From NCBI GenBank assembly GCA_001784115.1, contig MFPD01000019.1, positions 30,244-94,243 of the forward strand: a stretch of DNA of 64,000 nucleotides, read 5' to 3'. A model generated the notes under the pieces. The model saw nothing but the letters and a program-made list of their open reading frames with translations, was not told the origin of the DNA and did not search any database. Below, piece by piece: positions 1 to 10,137 of the stretch; the stretch's first letter is position 1, and each line of letters begins with the position of its first letter. The stretch comes from Candidatus Levybacteria bacterium RIFCSPLOWO2_02_FULL_37_18. Lineage in GTDB: Bacteria > Patescibacteriota > Microgenomatia > Levybacterales > UBA12049. Both the position numbers and the translations under genes were made by a program.

Positions 1-874
1 GGATAAGCAATGCAGGTTTTTTTGTATATATAAACTCAGATATACTATTCATCCCCGCTCTTGATATAACCAGATCAGCTAATTTTAAAATATATCCGGT
101 TTGGTTAGGGCTAATAAAACGGACGGGAATATACCTATGGCTCTTTCTTTTTTCAAGCCTTTCAAAATCGGCAAACTTCTGGGCATCTCCTGTTTGATGA
201 ATAATTCGATACTTTTTTAAAAGCTTTGACAAGCATGCTTCAACTGCAAGATTTATTCCATGCGACCCAAGACTCCCTCCTGTAATATACACTACCGGGT
301 CTGAAAGACTGAGAAATTCTTTCGTAATATAGTCAGGAACAGACAAGGAGGGACTCATAATTTCCTGTCGTATCGGGTTTCCCGTTAGTACGGTTTTTTC
401 CTTAGGATAGCATGCTTCTGACTCCTTAAAAGATATACATATAGCTTTTGCCACATAAGAAATAATTTTGTTTGAAAGCCCAATTCCCAGCGTTTGCTCA
501 TGAATAACAATAGGAATTCTTAGAAAGAAAGCAGCAATACACACCGGAACCGTAACATATCCTCCTGTTGCAAATACTACATCTGGCTGAAAAGTTGAAA
601 GCATATAAAATGATTGAACAAGCCCAATTGGAATTTTAAGAAGAGAGGCGAAAGTATAACGAGTAAAAGTCCTCTGAAGCCTTCCAGCGATAAGGGGTTT
701 AAATTTTATACCATATTCCTTGGCTGTTTTATATTCTAAGGAAAGTGTTTTCATTCCCTCCAAAGAATATTTTCTCCCGATTATCAAAATATCAGTATCC
801 TTGGAAAGCTGTTGATAAACTGATAAGGCTGGTGCAAAATGTCCTCCGCCTCCGGCTGTAATAATAAGTTTCAT
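1..874 (-). CDS. murG: MurG, UDP-GlcNAc:lipid I N-acetylglucosaminyltransferase (one end lies beyond the window start)
   Basis: Own translation of the minus strand from the ATG at 872-874: MKLIITAGGGGHFAPALSVYQQL..., with the Gly-rich loop typical of MurG. The ATG overlaps the ftsW stop (ATGA). The dcw-cluster position after ftsW fits. Confidence 0.75.
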   Translation of the reverse strand, partial: MKLIITAGGGGHFAPALSVYQQLSKDTDILIIGRKYSLEGMKTLSLEYKTAKEYGIKFKPLIAGRLQRTFTRYTFASLLKIPIGLVQSFYMLSTFQPDVVFATGGYVTVPVCIAAFFLRIPIVIHEQTLGIGLSNKIISYVAKAICISFKESEACYPKEKTVLTGNPIRQEIMSPSLSVPDYITKEFLSLSDPVVYITGGSLGSHGINLAVEACLSKLLKKYRIIHQTGDAQKFADFERLEKRKSHRYIPVRFISPNQTGYILKLADLVISRAGMNSISEFIYTKKPALLI

Positions 875-1941
875 AGTTTAGACTGTCTTGATATATTTAA
901 TAATATTCCAACCGAACAAAGATCAACAACAAGAGCAGATCCCCCATAAGAGATAAAAGGAAGCGGAACACCAGTAAAGGGAATAAGTGCAGTTTGCGCT
1001 CCTAAATTAATGAGCATTTGAATTGCTAAAAAAGATGTAATTCCTCCGGCAAGAAGTTTTCCAAATTTGTCGCTCGTTTTTGCAGCAATGGCAAATCCTC
1101 TCCAAATAAAAAGAATAAACGAGAAGATAAGTACCAACGAGCCAATCAGCCCTATTTCTTCGGCTATTATAGCAAATATTGAATCCGTTGTGTTTTCGGG
1201 AAGGTATGCATATTTTTGCAGGGAATTTCCTAAACCTACACCCGTTATCCCACCCACTCCCAAAGCAATAAGGATTTGTTTTACATGATAAGATGAATTC
1301 TCCAAAGACTCACCAACATTCATAAACGCTGTAAGTCTAGCCAAGCGATATGGTTCGAACTTGATAAGTAAAAAGCCCACTATTGCCACAATAGGAACAA
1401 CGAAAGCAAAATGCATAATACTTCCCCCGGAAAGGAAATAGATTAATACTGCTTCAAATAATATTATACCTGCTGTTCCCATATCCGGTTCGAGCATAAC
1501 CAGTATGAGAACAAATCCCAATAATAACAAAAAAGCTAAAAACCTTCCTTTTTCTTTGTGAGAAAACCAAGCCGATAAATAAATCGTCAGTGCTAATTTT
1601 ACAAATTCCGCAGGCTGAATGAGGAAAAAACCAGTATTAATCCATCTCCGTGCCCCTAAGAGTAAAACGCCAATTCCAGGAAAAAAAACGAGAATAAGAA
1701 GGATAATTGCTGCGATAAGTAAAGGGAGAGAAAGGTTATAAAGTTTTTTATAGTTATAGTACGAAAAAAAGCTCATCCCGACAAAACCGATAACGCTCCA
1801 CAAAGACTGATCTCTTATATAATGGTATTTATCACCAAAATCCCTAAAAGAAATAACAGAAGAAGCTTCAAAAATCATGAGTAACCCAAAAAGCGTAAGA
1901 AATATAACAATAAGAAGTAAAAAAATGTCTACTTTTTTCAT
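871..1941 (-). CDS. ftsW: SEDS-family lipid II flippase/peptidoglycan polymerase FtsW
   Basis: 356-aa polytopic membrane protein with the SEDS C-terminal signature (PFTGVPLPFISYGGSA). It lies between mraY and murG, as in dcw clusters. Confidence 0.8.
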   Translation of the reverse strand: MKKVDIFLLLIVIFLTLFGLLMIFEASSVISFRDFGDKYHYIRDQSLWSVIGFVGMSFFSYYNYKKLYNLSLPLLIAAIILLILVFFPGIGVLLLGARRWINTGFFLIQPAEFVKLALTIYLSAWFSHKEKGRFLAFLLLLGFVLILVMLEPDMGTAGIILFEAVLIYFLSGGSIMHFAFVVPIVAIVGFLLIKFEPYRLARLTAFMNVGESLENSSYHVKQILIALGVGGITGVGLGNSLQKYAYLPENTTDSIFAIIAEEIGLIGSLVLIFSFILFIWRGFAIAAKTSDKFGKLLAGGITSFLAIQMLINLGAQTALIPFTGVPLPFISYGGSALVVDLCSVGILLNISRQSKL

Positions 1942-1974
1942 GAAGACACTATTATTATTAATAGTAAGGCAGAC

Positions 1975-2985
1975 TTACTTGATGAAAGCCACATAGAGTC
2001 CCAAAACAGCGAAGAAAAATCCCAAAAGCCATGCCCGCATTACAATTTTTGGCTCTTCCCATCCTCTGTTTTGTAAATAAAGATGAAGCGGCGCAACTGT
2101 TAAAATTTTTCGTTTTAAGAACCTTTTTCCAATAAGTTGTACAAGAGATGAACCAACTTCAAGAATAAATACACCCCCAATAACAGCCAATGCTATTGTT
2201 TTTCCGGTTAAAAGCCCTGTAACTGCTAAAATTGCTCCCAAAGCCAAAGATCCTACATCTCCCAACCAAATCCTCGCTCTATAAATATTAAAATATAAAA
2301 ATGCTGCAACGCTCCCTACGATAACTGCAATAAAAATACCCAAAAAATTATCAAGCTGAGAAGAAGAAATTGACAAGAAGGCAAGCATGCAAATTAAAAA
2401 AAGACCGCTTGATAATCCGTCTAACCCGTCGGCAATATTAAATGCGTTAACAAAAGAAACAATTACGAATGCAGCAAAAGGAATAAACAATATCCCTATA
2501 TTTGCCAGTCCAAATCCGTGAATATAAATGAAATTAAAACCCAGTTTATAATAAAAAATAGCACCGATAATAAATGCTAATATCCACTGCAGAGCAAATT
2601 TATACCTAAACCGCATGCCAAAAAAAGCTAGTCTTTTACTCCCTGTTAATTTTTTAAGATCATCATGTAATCCTAAAATTCCAAAACTTATAAAGGAAAA
2701 TAAGAGTACAAAAAGTTCCCATAATTTTATTTCTGTCCCCAAAATCCCGTACGCCCATAATGTTAAAATAGAAACCACCACAATGATTAATATTCCGCCA
2801 CCGAACGGAGTTCCAACTTTCCATTGATTATGCGTGTCAAATATGGGAGTTCGTTTATTAAACGGATCTTTTGTTATCTGTTTTTTTCTTCTAATTTTTA
2901 GCTTATAGAGAAAATCTATAAATGGAATGAGTAAAATACCGCTTATAAAAAAAGAAAGGATTGTCAAACCCAAGAGTTGTGCCAT
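1975..2985 (-). CDS. mraY: Phospho-N-acetylmuramoyl-pentapeptide transferase MraY
   Basis: 336-aa membrane protein with the NADGLDGL motif. It is adjacent to ftsW. Confidence 0.9.
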   Translation of the reverse strand: MAQLLGLTILSFFISGILLIPFIDFLYKLKIRRKKQITKDPFNKRTPIFDTHNQWKVGTPFGGGILIIVVVSILTLWAYGILGTEIKLWELFVLLFSFISFGILGLHDDLKKLTGSKRLAFFGMRFRYKFALQWILAFIIGAIFYYKLGFNFIYIHGFGLANIGILFIPFAAFVIVSFVNAFNIADGLDGLSSGLFLICMLAFLSISSSQLDNFLGIFIAVIVGSVAAFLYFNIYRARIWLGDVGSLALGAILAVTGLLTGKTIALAVIGGVFILEVGSSLVQLIGKRFLKRKILTVAPLHLYLQNRGWEEPKIVMRAWLLGFFFAVLGLYVAFIK

Positions 2986-3035
2986 AGAAACGTATTATAT
3001 CCTGAATTATCAAAATATACAATTTAATATCCTTA

Positions 3036-4049
3036 TTAATATCCTTTCTTTATTTTCCTAAGATATTCTATCGTGTATGTTTTCCAGTATAAAAAACTCA
3101 GTGGTAAATCTTTTGCGTGGACAAATTCTTTTTTATATCCTCCAAATCCTGTTTTAAAAAGTGTCAACCCTTGCCATGGATGATTCGTCTTTTCTTCTGG
3201 AGCAATACCCCAAAAATTGTATAAAGGAATTTCTCTTTTTTTAGCCTCTAAAATCGCGTGCCATTGAATCAAATAAGAAGCTGGGATATTACTGTATTTT
3301 TCCGAAGAAGTGGAATGGTGATAAATCGCCATTTTAGGGGTATAAAGAATAACCGAAGAAGATATAATTTCTCCCGCGAATTCAGCACTTATTAAAACAG
3401 CTTGGTTATCTTGACTAAATATTTCGAATTCTTCCCGTATTCCTTTATGAGGAGTAAAATGTTTTCTGTGTGAAAAACTATTGTAAAATTTAATAAATCT
3501 ATCGATATCGGATACAGTAGTTGTCTGAGTAATTTTTATGTCCATAGCCTGAGCTTTTCGAATCAAATATCTATGCGTCTTCCTCATGCTTTTAAGGAGT
3601 TCTTCTTCAGATTTTGTAATATCAAGCACCCAGCAGACTTCTGCGTCCTGATTATGAATTGGCGCATTGATTAACTTTTTTTGTGAAAATATTAAACTTT
3701 TAGCTGGGTTCTTTTCGATAAATGGACTAACTCGAATAAACCTTATACCCTTTTGTTTTCCTTTACTGCTCAAATAATCAAGAAGAAAATTAACGTTATC
3801 TTGGGTATATTCCAAAAACACCGGACCGTGTCTAAGGTGAAAAAATCTCCCCCTCCGCGCCGCAACATCTACAAGCAAACATATCCCTATAAGTTTATCT
3901 GAATCAAAAATCCCAATTCTTTCAATCTTAAATCCCAATTTTTTTTGCACCTCTCCCCAATTCCACGATTGGAATAACGGATAAAATTCAATCTTGTTTA
4001 AAAAATCCTCCCAGGCTTTTTTATTTTCAATTTCTTTAATTTTCAACAT
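3036..4049 (-). CDS. FemAB-family peptidyltransferase (peptidoglycan interpeptide-bridge formation, FemX-like)
   Basis: 337 aa. The N-terminus (YPLFQSWNWGEVQKK) is typical of the FemAB/FemX family. It sits inside the cell-wall cluster. Confidence 0.65.
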   Translation of the reverse strand: MLKIKEIENKKAWEDFLNKIEFYPLFQSWNWGEVQKKLGFKIERIGIFDSDKLIGICLLVDVAARRGRFFHLRHGPVFLEYTQDNVNFLLDYLSSKGKQKGIRFIRVSPFIEKNPAKSLIFSQKKLINAPIHNQDAEVCWVLDITKSEEELLKSMRKTHRYLIRKAQAMDIKITQTTTVSDIDRFIKFYNSFSHRKHFTPHKGIREEFEIFSQDNQAVLISAEFAGEIISSSVILYTPKMAIYHHSTSSEKYSNIPASYLIQWHAILEAKKREIPLYNFWGIAPEEKTNHPWQGLTLFKTGFGGYKKEFVHAKDLPLSFLYWKTYTIEYLRKIKKGY

Positions 4050-5268
4050 ACTGATGTAATAATGATATAATCCTTTTTGCGTCAGAGATGTTGGTGGTAG
4101 GATTTGTCGGCAAGTTTATAACTTTTGTTGCGATTGATTCTGCCAGAGGACATGATCCGGGAGTATAAAAAATCTTTTTGAAATCTACTCCTTTCGGGTC
4201 AATTACAGATGAATACCAATTTCCAAGATATACATTATTACTTCTAAACAGGTTTAATAGTTGCTCTTTTCTCTCAGAGAGAATAGGAAATCTTAGAAAA
4301 GGAATTATTTTTTCAACAGGTAACGTAACGCTTGTATTTTTGAGTTCTTTGACATAAAAGGAGGATATTTTTTGTCTTTTTGAATTAAACTCTTTCATTC
4401 TTTTTAATTGAAAAAGCGCTAAAACAGCTAAGGCATTTGGGAGTTTTTTAAAAATATCAAAACGCACTCCTCCTACTTTTTCTTCCCATGAGACAGGAAA
4501 TGAAAGAAAATGCAGTTTTTGAAATAAAACGAGAATAAGTTTCCCCAAACCGCTTGTATAAACTGGTAATATAAAAGAGAATGCAACCGGATGAAGCAAT
4601 TGTTGTATTACCCACCATCTGGATGGGTACGATAATGTTTGTTGATAATCCCGAATTTTTCTGCCTAAGTCTTTAGCACTCGTTATTACCATTCCTCCAA
4701 ATACACTCGAAAATGCCTTATCTCTGCCAAAACTAAAAAAACTCGCATCAGCATATGTTCCCAATTTTTTATTTTGATAGGTTCCTCCAATCGTATGTGC
4801 ACAATCTTCAATGACATATATATTAAGTTTTTTTGCAATTTTTTGGATAGAAGACATGTCTGTTGGAATTCCAAACGTATGCTGCACAATAATTGCTTTT
4901 GTTTTTTTAGTAATTTTTTTTTCTAGATTTTTTATATCAATGGTCAAAGAAGAATCAATGTCTACATAAACAGGCGTTGCTCCTGCCCAAATAACCGAAT
5001 TAGGAACAGCTACACAGGTAAACGCTTGAAGCAATACTTCATCTCCAGTGCCTATATCCAAAGACTTAAGTATCGCAAACAAAGCAGTTCTCCCGCTTGC
5101 AAACGAAACAGCCTGAGTTACTCCGAAATAATCACAAAACCATCTCTCAAGCTTATGTATTGATTCTCCTTTTATTTGCTTGCCGGGTGAAAAAATTAAA
5201 CTCACTGCACAAAACACGTCTTGTAAAGAAGTATTGGGAGATAGTGAAATTGCAATTAAGTGCTTCAT
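4036..5268 (-). CDS. DegT/DnrJ/EryC1/StrS-family PLP-dependent sugar aminotransferase
   Basis: 410 aa with a FSFGRDKAFSSVFGGMV block, which matches the PLP-lysine region of DegT-family enzymes. Confidence 0.7.
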   Translation of the reverse strand: MKHLIAISLSPNTSLQDVFCAVSLIFSPGKQIKGESIHKLERWFCDYFGVTQAVSFASGRTALFAILKSLDIGTGDEVLLQAFTCVAVPNSVIWAGATPVYVDIDSSLTIDIKNLEKKITKKTKAIIVQHTFGIPTDMSSIQKIAKKLNIYVIEDCAHTIGGTYQNKKLGTYADASFFSFGRDKAFSSVFGGMVITSAKDLGRKIRDYQQTLSYPSRWWVIQQLLHPVAFSFILPVYTSGLGKLILVLFQKLHFLSFPVSWEEKVGGVRFDIFKKLPNALAVLALFQLKRMKEFNSKRQKISSFYVKELKNTSVTLPVEKIIPFLRFPILSERKEQLLNLFRSNNVYLGNWYSSVIDPKGVDFKKIFYTPGSCPLAESIATKVINLPTNPTTNISDAKRIISLLHQYVEN

Positions 5269-5285
5269 AGTAAATTCTTGAGTAA

Positions 5286-6953
5286 TTATTTCCTTACCAA
5301 TTTTTTAAATGCATTTGAGGATTCTCTCCCTTCGAATACCACGATATCTTCTTTTTCCAAATTTTTATCTATAAACTCTATAATTTCAGAAGGATCTCCC
5401 ACAGCAACAATGCATTTTCCACCGCTGTCTTCAACTCCTCGAACTATGGAATTATAATAATTTTCATTGGTTAAAAATAACATATCACATACTCTGCCTA
5501 TTTCTTGCGCTATCCTATAATGATCTTCAGAAGCGTTTTTACCTAGTTCTATCATAGGTTGCAATACAAATATTTTTTTCTGGGTTTTATAATACGAGTC
5601 GGATTTATAATGTTTAACATATTTTAAAATAGCCAAAATTCCTTCCGGATTGGAATTGTGTGTATCATCAATACATATAATTCCACGTACATCTCTTGTG
5701 ATAGTCATTTTTGATGATAACCCTACAAGTGAAAATACTGCGTCTCGTATTTCGCTTGAAGGCAATCCTAAATAATCCGCAATAAAAATTCCTGGAAGAA
5801 TATTTTCTATATTATGTCTCCCTATAACGTTTGCTCTCAGATTCGTAATTCGCTTTTTATAACCTCGCTCAACTGAATAAATCTGTACATCAAATACTAC
5901 AAACGTCTTTCCATGGGAAACATTATAGGCGACAATACTTGAAGAATCTTTTTGAAATAAACTAGCAGAATCCTCGGTGCGATAAAATACTTTCATTTTT
6001 TTTGACTCAGGTGTGACTCGATGCAATAATTTTCGTACATATTCATTGTTTGCATTAAAAAACCCCAAACCATTTTTTGGTAAAGAATCAATAAGTTCGT
6101 ATTTTGTATCCATTGTATTAATAAGATTACCAAAAAGAGATAAATGCTGATTATTAATCCCGGTTAATACCCCGATTTTGGGACGCACAATGTCGCAGAT
6201 CTGTGATATCTCCCCTTTTTTATATGCTCCCATTTCAACTATAAAAATCTCTATATTTTTATCAAGACCTTTATGAATTGTATTGGCAATACCAATTGGC
6301 GTATTATCAGTTTTTTGGGTGTACAGAATTTTAAATTTCTTTTTCAAAATTTGCGCAATAAACTCCTTTGTCGAACTTTTTCCATAACTTCCAGTAACGC
6401 CAATAACCAAAAGCTTTTTATGCGCTTGCAACTTTAAAACTGCTCTTTTTATTCTAAAATCTCGATAGAGCTCAGACGGAAAAGAAAAGAAAAAAATAAA
6501 AAAAGCAACAATGGCAAAAGTAATTTTATCTATAAATAAAAGCCATAAAAACTTATCGGAAAGAGGAACAAAAAGTAATAATACTATTACTGAAAAGGAA
6601 AGAATTACCAACACAAATGATTTAAGTGTAACAACAGGTCTTTTTAGTGCTCTTCCAAATAATTCTTGCAGCACTTTTATTGAGTGAAATAAGTAAATTA
6701 GGAAAACAAAATACTCCAATAAGCTCGCAAGATATACTCTGTGAATTGTCAAAAAATAGAGTGCTATTGCCAACCATTTCAATATCGAACCAATCGATGT
6801 AAACAAATATCTTCCCTGAATTGTTTCTTTCAAGAAGACAATCAGGCGGTCGAGTCGATACTCTTTTATTTGCCACAAAGATACCCAAAAAAGAATATTT
6901 CTTACTATCCAAACAAAATAAACAATAGTCAAAAGATTAAATAATGTATTCAT
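5286..6953 (-). CDS. murF: MurF-like UDP-MurNAc-tripeptide--D-Ala-D-Ala ligase carrying a ~170-aa hydrophobic N-terminal extension
   Basis: Mur-ligase P-loop GVTGSYGKSSTKE and a DDTHNSNPEG motif resembling the MurF DD(S/T)YNANP signature. The N-terminal ~170 residues are strongly hydrophobic, with several predicted TM helices. Confidence 0.75.
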   Translation of the reverse strand: MNTLFNLLTIVYFVWIVRNILFWVSLWQIKEYRLDRLIVFLKETIQGRYLFTSIGSILKWLAIALYFLTIHRVYLASLLEYFVFLIYLFHSIKVLQELFGRALKRPVVTLKSFVLVILSFSVIVLLLFVPLSDKFLWLLFIDKITFAIVAFFIFFFSFPSELYRDFRIKRAVLKLQAHKKLLVIGVTGSYGKSSTKEFIAQILKKKFKILYTQKTDNTPIGIANTIHKGLDKNIEIFIVEMGAYKKGEISQICDIVRPKIGVLTGINNQHLSLFGNLINTMDTKYELIDSLPKNGLGFFNANNEYVRKLLHRVTPESKKMKVFYRTEDSASLFQKDSSSIVAYNVSHGKTFVVFDVQIYSVERGYKKRITNLRANVIGRHNIENILPGIFIADYLGLPSSEIRDAVFSLVGLSSKMTITRDVRGIICIDDTHNSNPEGILAILKYVKHYKSDSYYKTQKKIFVLQPMIELGKNASEDHYRIAQEIGRVCDMLFLTNENYYNSIVRGVEDSGGKCIVAVGDPSEIIEFIDKNLEKEDIVVFEGRESSNAFKKLVRK

Positions 6954-7678
6954 AAAAATGATTCAATCGCTTGCATAAATTTTTGAGGATTTTCATACGG
7001 AAGACGATGTCCTTCATTTTTAACGACAACTAATTTTGCACGGGGAATGAGTAGCTCCATTTCCTTAGCATCTATAAGCGGGATAGTTTTATCTTCTTCT
7101 CCCCAGACTAGCAATGTTCGTACCTTTATTTTTGGTAAATCGTGTAGAATACTGACCTGGTATACGTTTTTGAACGTTTTTGAAAGATTTCCCGCTTTGT
7201 AATAATCCATTTCATCAATAGAATAATACACAAGTTTTCGAAAGAATCGGAAAAAGAAAGATATCGGTGAAATAAGAAATAATGGTCGCAGTATCTTGAC
7301 CGTTACAAATACTATCTTTTTTTTAAGAGACGAAAGCGGCCTCGGAATGCCGGAAGCGCCTGTCAAAATGAGTAAGTCAACCTTATCGGCAAACTCGGTG
7401 GCAAACCTGATGGCAACCCTGCCCCCAAATGAATGGCCAAGCAAAACGACCTTTTTGAGTTTATTTTTGGTTATAAATTCATTCACAAACGAAACGTAGT
7501 CCTCAAACTCAAACGATGTTTTACCCAATTGAGAAGCACCAAAACCTGGAAAATCTGGGGTGTAAACCGTATATCCTTTTTTTCCAAGTAACTGTTTGAT
7601 CGCGTCGTATTTTCCTCCGCTTAGTTCTCGTCCCCACCCATGCAAGATTACAATAGGAGATTTTGTAGATGTTTTCAT
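6950..7678 (-). CDS. alpha/beta-fold hydrolase
   Basis: 242 aa with VILHGWG ... GHSFGG nucleophile-elbow motifs. Confidence 0.65.
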   Translation of the reverse strand: MKTSTKSPIVILHGWGRELSGGKYDAIKQLLGKKGYTVYTPDFPGFGASQLGKTSFEFEDYVSFVNEFITKNKLKKVVLLGHSFGGRVAIRFATEFADKVDLLILTGASGIPRPLSSLKKKIVFVTVKILRPLFLISPISFFFRFFRKLVYYSIDEMDYYKAGNLSKTFKNVYQVSILHDLPKIKVRTLLVWGEEDKTIPLIDAKEMELLIPRAKLVVVKNEGHRLPYENPQKFMQAIESFL

Positions 7679-9474
7679 TTAACTGTCACACTCTTTGCTA
7701 AATTTCTCGGCTTGTCGGGATCAGATATTCCACGAGAAAGTGCCAAGTTATATGCCAAAACCTGGGCAATAACAACTTGAGGGATAAATGTGGCATCTCG
7801 ACAGTCTTCTGTTGGTAAAAACGCATCAAATACGCTATTATTTTTTGGACCAATTCCAATAATAAATCCTCCACGCGCGGCAATTTCGGCAGCATTAGAA
7901 ATGATATCGTCATATGTTTCATCCAGAGGGGCAATAACTATACATGGCGTGCCTTTTTCAATGAGGGCAATTACTCCATGCTTTAATTCTCCTCCTGCAA
8001 ATCCTTCCGCGTGCATATAACTTGTTTCTTTAATTTTTAGAGATGTTTCTAAAGCAGCTGCATACGATAAACCTCTTCCGATTATATAGATATGCTCTTT
8101 TTTCTTAATTTTTTCTACCACTTTTTTTATTTCTTTTATGTAATTTTCTTTTAATATATCTCTAATGTTTTTTGAGGCTTGATGTAATAGTTTTTTTCCT
8201 TCATTTTGTTTTTTTGCCAATGAAAATGCAGAAAGTAAAAGAATTGCCACCATTGCTGTAAAACTTTTTGTCCCTACTACTGCTTTTTCTGGTCCTGCGT
8301 AAAGAAGAATTTTTTCATCCGCTTGTCTATAAATTGTTGATCCACGTACATTTACAACCGCGGCAATTTTGCTGCTTTTCTCTTTTGCGTGCTCAATAGA
8401 CGAAACAACATCAATTGTCTCTCCGCTTTGCGAAATAGGAATTACCAAGCTTTCTGGAGTTAAATAATCGATCAAATAGGTAAATTCAGATCCAATAGAA
8501 AAGTTAACATGTTTTTTTGCAATTCTAGAAAATAAATACGTGCCGGCAAGCGCTGCATACGAAGCAGTCCCGCATCCAAGCATAAATGTTCCAAATGCTT
8601 TATCGATAAGATTGGCTAATTTGTTTGAATCAGCAAGAGAATTTAATGCAATATATTCAATCACATTTAGCTGTTCATGGATTTCTTTAATAAGAAAATG
8701 TTTATATGCCCCTTTTTCTTCGTCTTCTATCTTCCAATTGATTGTTTCGTACCTTGGCGTAATTTTTTGCCCTCCCGAAAGAGATACTAATTGAATATTT
8801 TTTCCCAAGATAACCATTTCATTGTCTTTTAAAAAGATAACTTTTTTTGTGTGTTTTATTATTCCCGAAGCATCCGAGGCAATATAAAATCCATCTGTTG
8901 CATGCCCCATAACCAAGGGTGAACCGGTTTTGGCAGCTATAATTTCCGAAGAAGGCGCGTAAGCAACCACAATTGCATTGAGTCCTTTTAATCTATTGAA
9001 GGCATCTTTTACCGATGAGGCAAATCCTTCTTTTTTTAAGTATTCTTCAATAAGATGCGGAATAACTTCTGTATCTGTTTGGGAAGTAAACACGTGCCTC
9101 TTTTTCACCAACTCATGTTTAATTTCCTGAAAATTTTCAACAATTCCATTATGAATAACCGCAATTTCTTTTTTGCAATCTAAATGGGGATGTGCATTTT
9201 CGACAGTCACACCTCCATGAGTTGCCCACCTCGTGTGCCCCAAAGCAAGCTGCGAACTATTAGCTGAAAGCTCGGAGCTAAGCTCTGCATTTCCAATTTT
9301 GCCAACATGCTTTTCAAGTGTGAATTTTGAATTTTGAATTTTGAATTTTGAATTTTGAATTCTTGACGCTATTCCCCATGAATCATATCCTCTGTATTCT
9401 AAAAGTTTTAACCCCTCCAAAACCTTCTGAGAAGCTTTATTGTCAGAACCGACATATGCAAATATTCCGCACAT
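7675..9474 (-). CDS. glmS: Glutamine--fructose-6-phosphate aminotransferase GlmS
   Basis: 599 aa beginning MCGIFAYVG (N-terminal Cys nucleophile), followed by SIS domains. It contains an in-frame heptamer-repeat insertion encoding IQNSKFKIQNSKF. Confidence 0.9.
   Translation of the reverse strand: MCGIFAYVGSDNKASQKVLEGLKLLEYRGYDSWGIASRIQNSKFKIQNSKFTLEKHVGKIGNAELSSELSANSSQLALGHTRWATHGGVTVENAHPHLDCKKEIAVIHNGIVENFQEIKHELVKKRHVFTSQTDTEVIPHLIEEYLKKEGFASSVKDAFNRLKGLNAIVVAYAPSSEIIAAKTGSPLVMGHATDGFYIASDASGIIKHTKKVIFLKDNEMVILGKNIQLVSLSGGQKITPRYETINWKIEDEEKGAYKHFLIKEIHEQLNVIEYIALNSLADSNKLANLIDKAFGTFMLGCGTASYAALAGTYLFSRIAKKHVNFSIGSEFTYLIDYLTPESLVIPISQSGETIDVVSSIEHAKEKSSKIAAVVNVRGSTIYRQADEKILLYAGPEKAVVGTKSFTAMVAILLLSAFSLAKKQNEGKKLLHQASKNIRDILKENYIKEIKKVVEKIKKKEHIYIIGRGLSYAAALETSLKIKETSYMHAEGFAGGELKHGVIALIEKGTPCIVIAPLDETYDDIISNAAEIAARGGFIIGIGPKNNSVFDAFLPTEDCRDATFIPQVVIAQVLAYNLALSRGISDPDKPRNLAKSVTVK
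9322..9362. repeat. Tandem heptamer repeat (GAATTTT)x~6 in frame inside glmS
   Basis: Plus strand reads gaattttgaattttgaattttgaattttgaattttgaattc. On the coding strand it encodes IQNSKFKIQNSKF. Confidence 0.9.
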
Positions 9475-9480
9475 AGTTTT

Positions 9481-10137
9481 TTAAGTATTTTTTACTACTT
9501 CTATTGCTTGATCAAAATTATATACAGTTGCCGCTGGACGAAACCAGGGAATTTCCTTTTGATTGTCCGCGAGTCTTCCCCACTTCATCCATATTGTTAT
9601 TACGTTCTTATTCTGAAGAAACGCATGATATAGCATTTCAAGCGTATCATCGACAAAATACATTTTATAGTCTTTATTACTAAATATTGTTTTCATAATG
9701 TTTTTTTTATCTTTGGCGATAAAAATAAAATCCGGATGTAAAAAATGTTCAAAACTTGAAAGTTTGGCCCTTTGATAGGCATCTTCACCCTGAGAAAGAA
9801 TACCTATTTTACCCAATTTTTCTAATTCTTTCAAGCTAGGTATAACATCTGAATATAAATGATCTTCCATTAATACTTTGTTTATCAAAAACTCTCTTAT
9901 AATACTAGCCATTTCTTCTCTTCCAATATGCTTTATAAATTGTTTTATAAACTCCTCCGTATCAAAATAACCACGTTTGGAAATAATGTCCGAACAAACT
10001 TTTTCTGCTAATTTTGATGTATCTTCTACGTGTTCTGCATCAACTAATACTGATGCTATTTTTCCAAAAAGTGCATTTCTGTATAATTGAGTATCAAACA
10101 ATGTATGATCAATATCTAAAAGTACCAGTTTCTTCAT
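9481..10137 (-). CDS. HAD-superfamily hydrolase
   Basis: 218 aa with the motif I sequence LLDIDHTLFDT (DxDxT) and a C-terminal FVDD. Confidence 0.55.
   Translation of the reverse strand: MKKLVLLDIDHTLFDTQLYRNALFGKIASVLVDAEHVEDTSKLAEKVCSDIISKRGYFDTEEFIKQFIKHIGREEMASIIREFLINKVLMEDHLYSDVIPSLKELEKLGKIGILSQGEDAYQRAKLSSFEHFLHPDFIFIAKDKKNIMKTIFSNKDYKMYFVDDTLEMLYHAFLQNKNVITIWMKWGRLADNQKEIPWFRPAATVYNFDQAIEVVKNT

Noticed and set aside
9475-9480. glmS ribozyme upstream of glmS
   Set aside because: Only 6 nt separate glmS from the upstream HAD gene. There is no room for the ~150-nt ribozyme.
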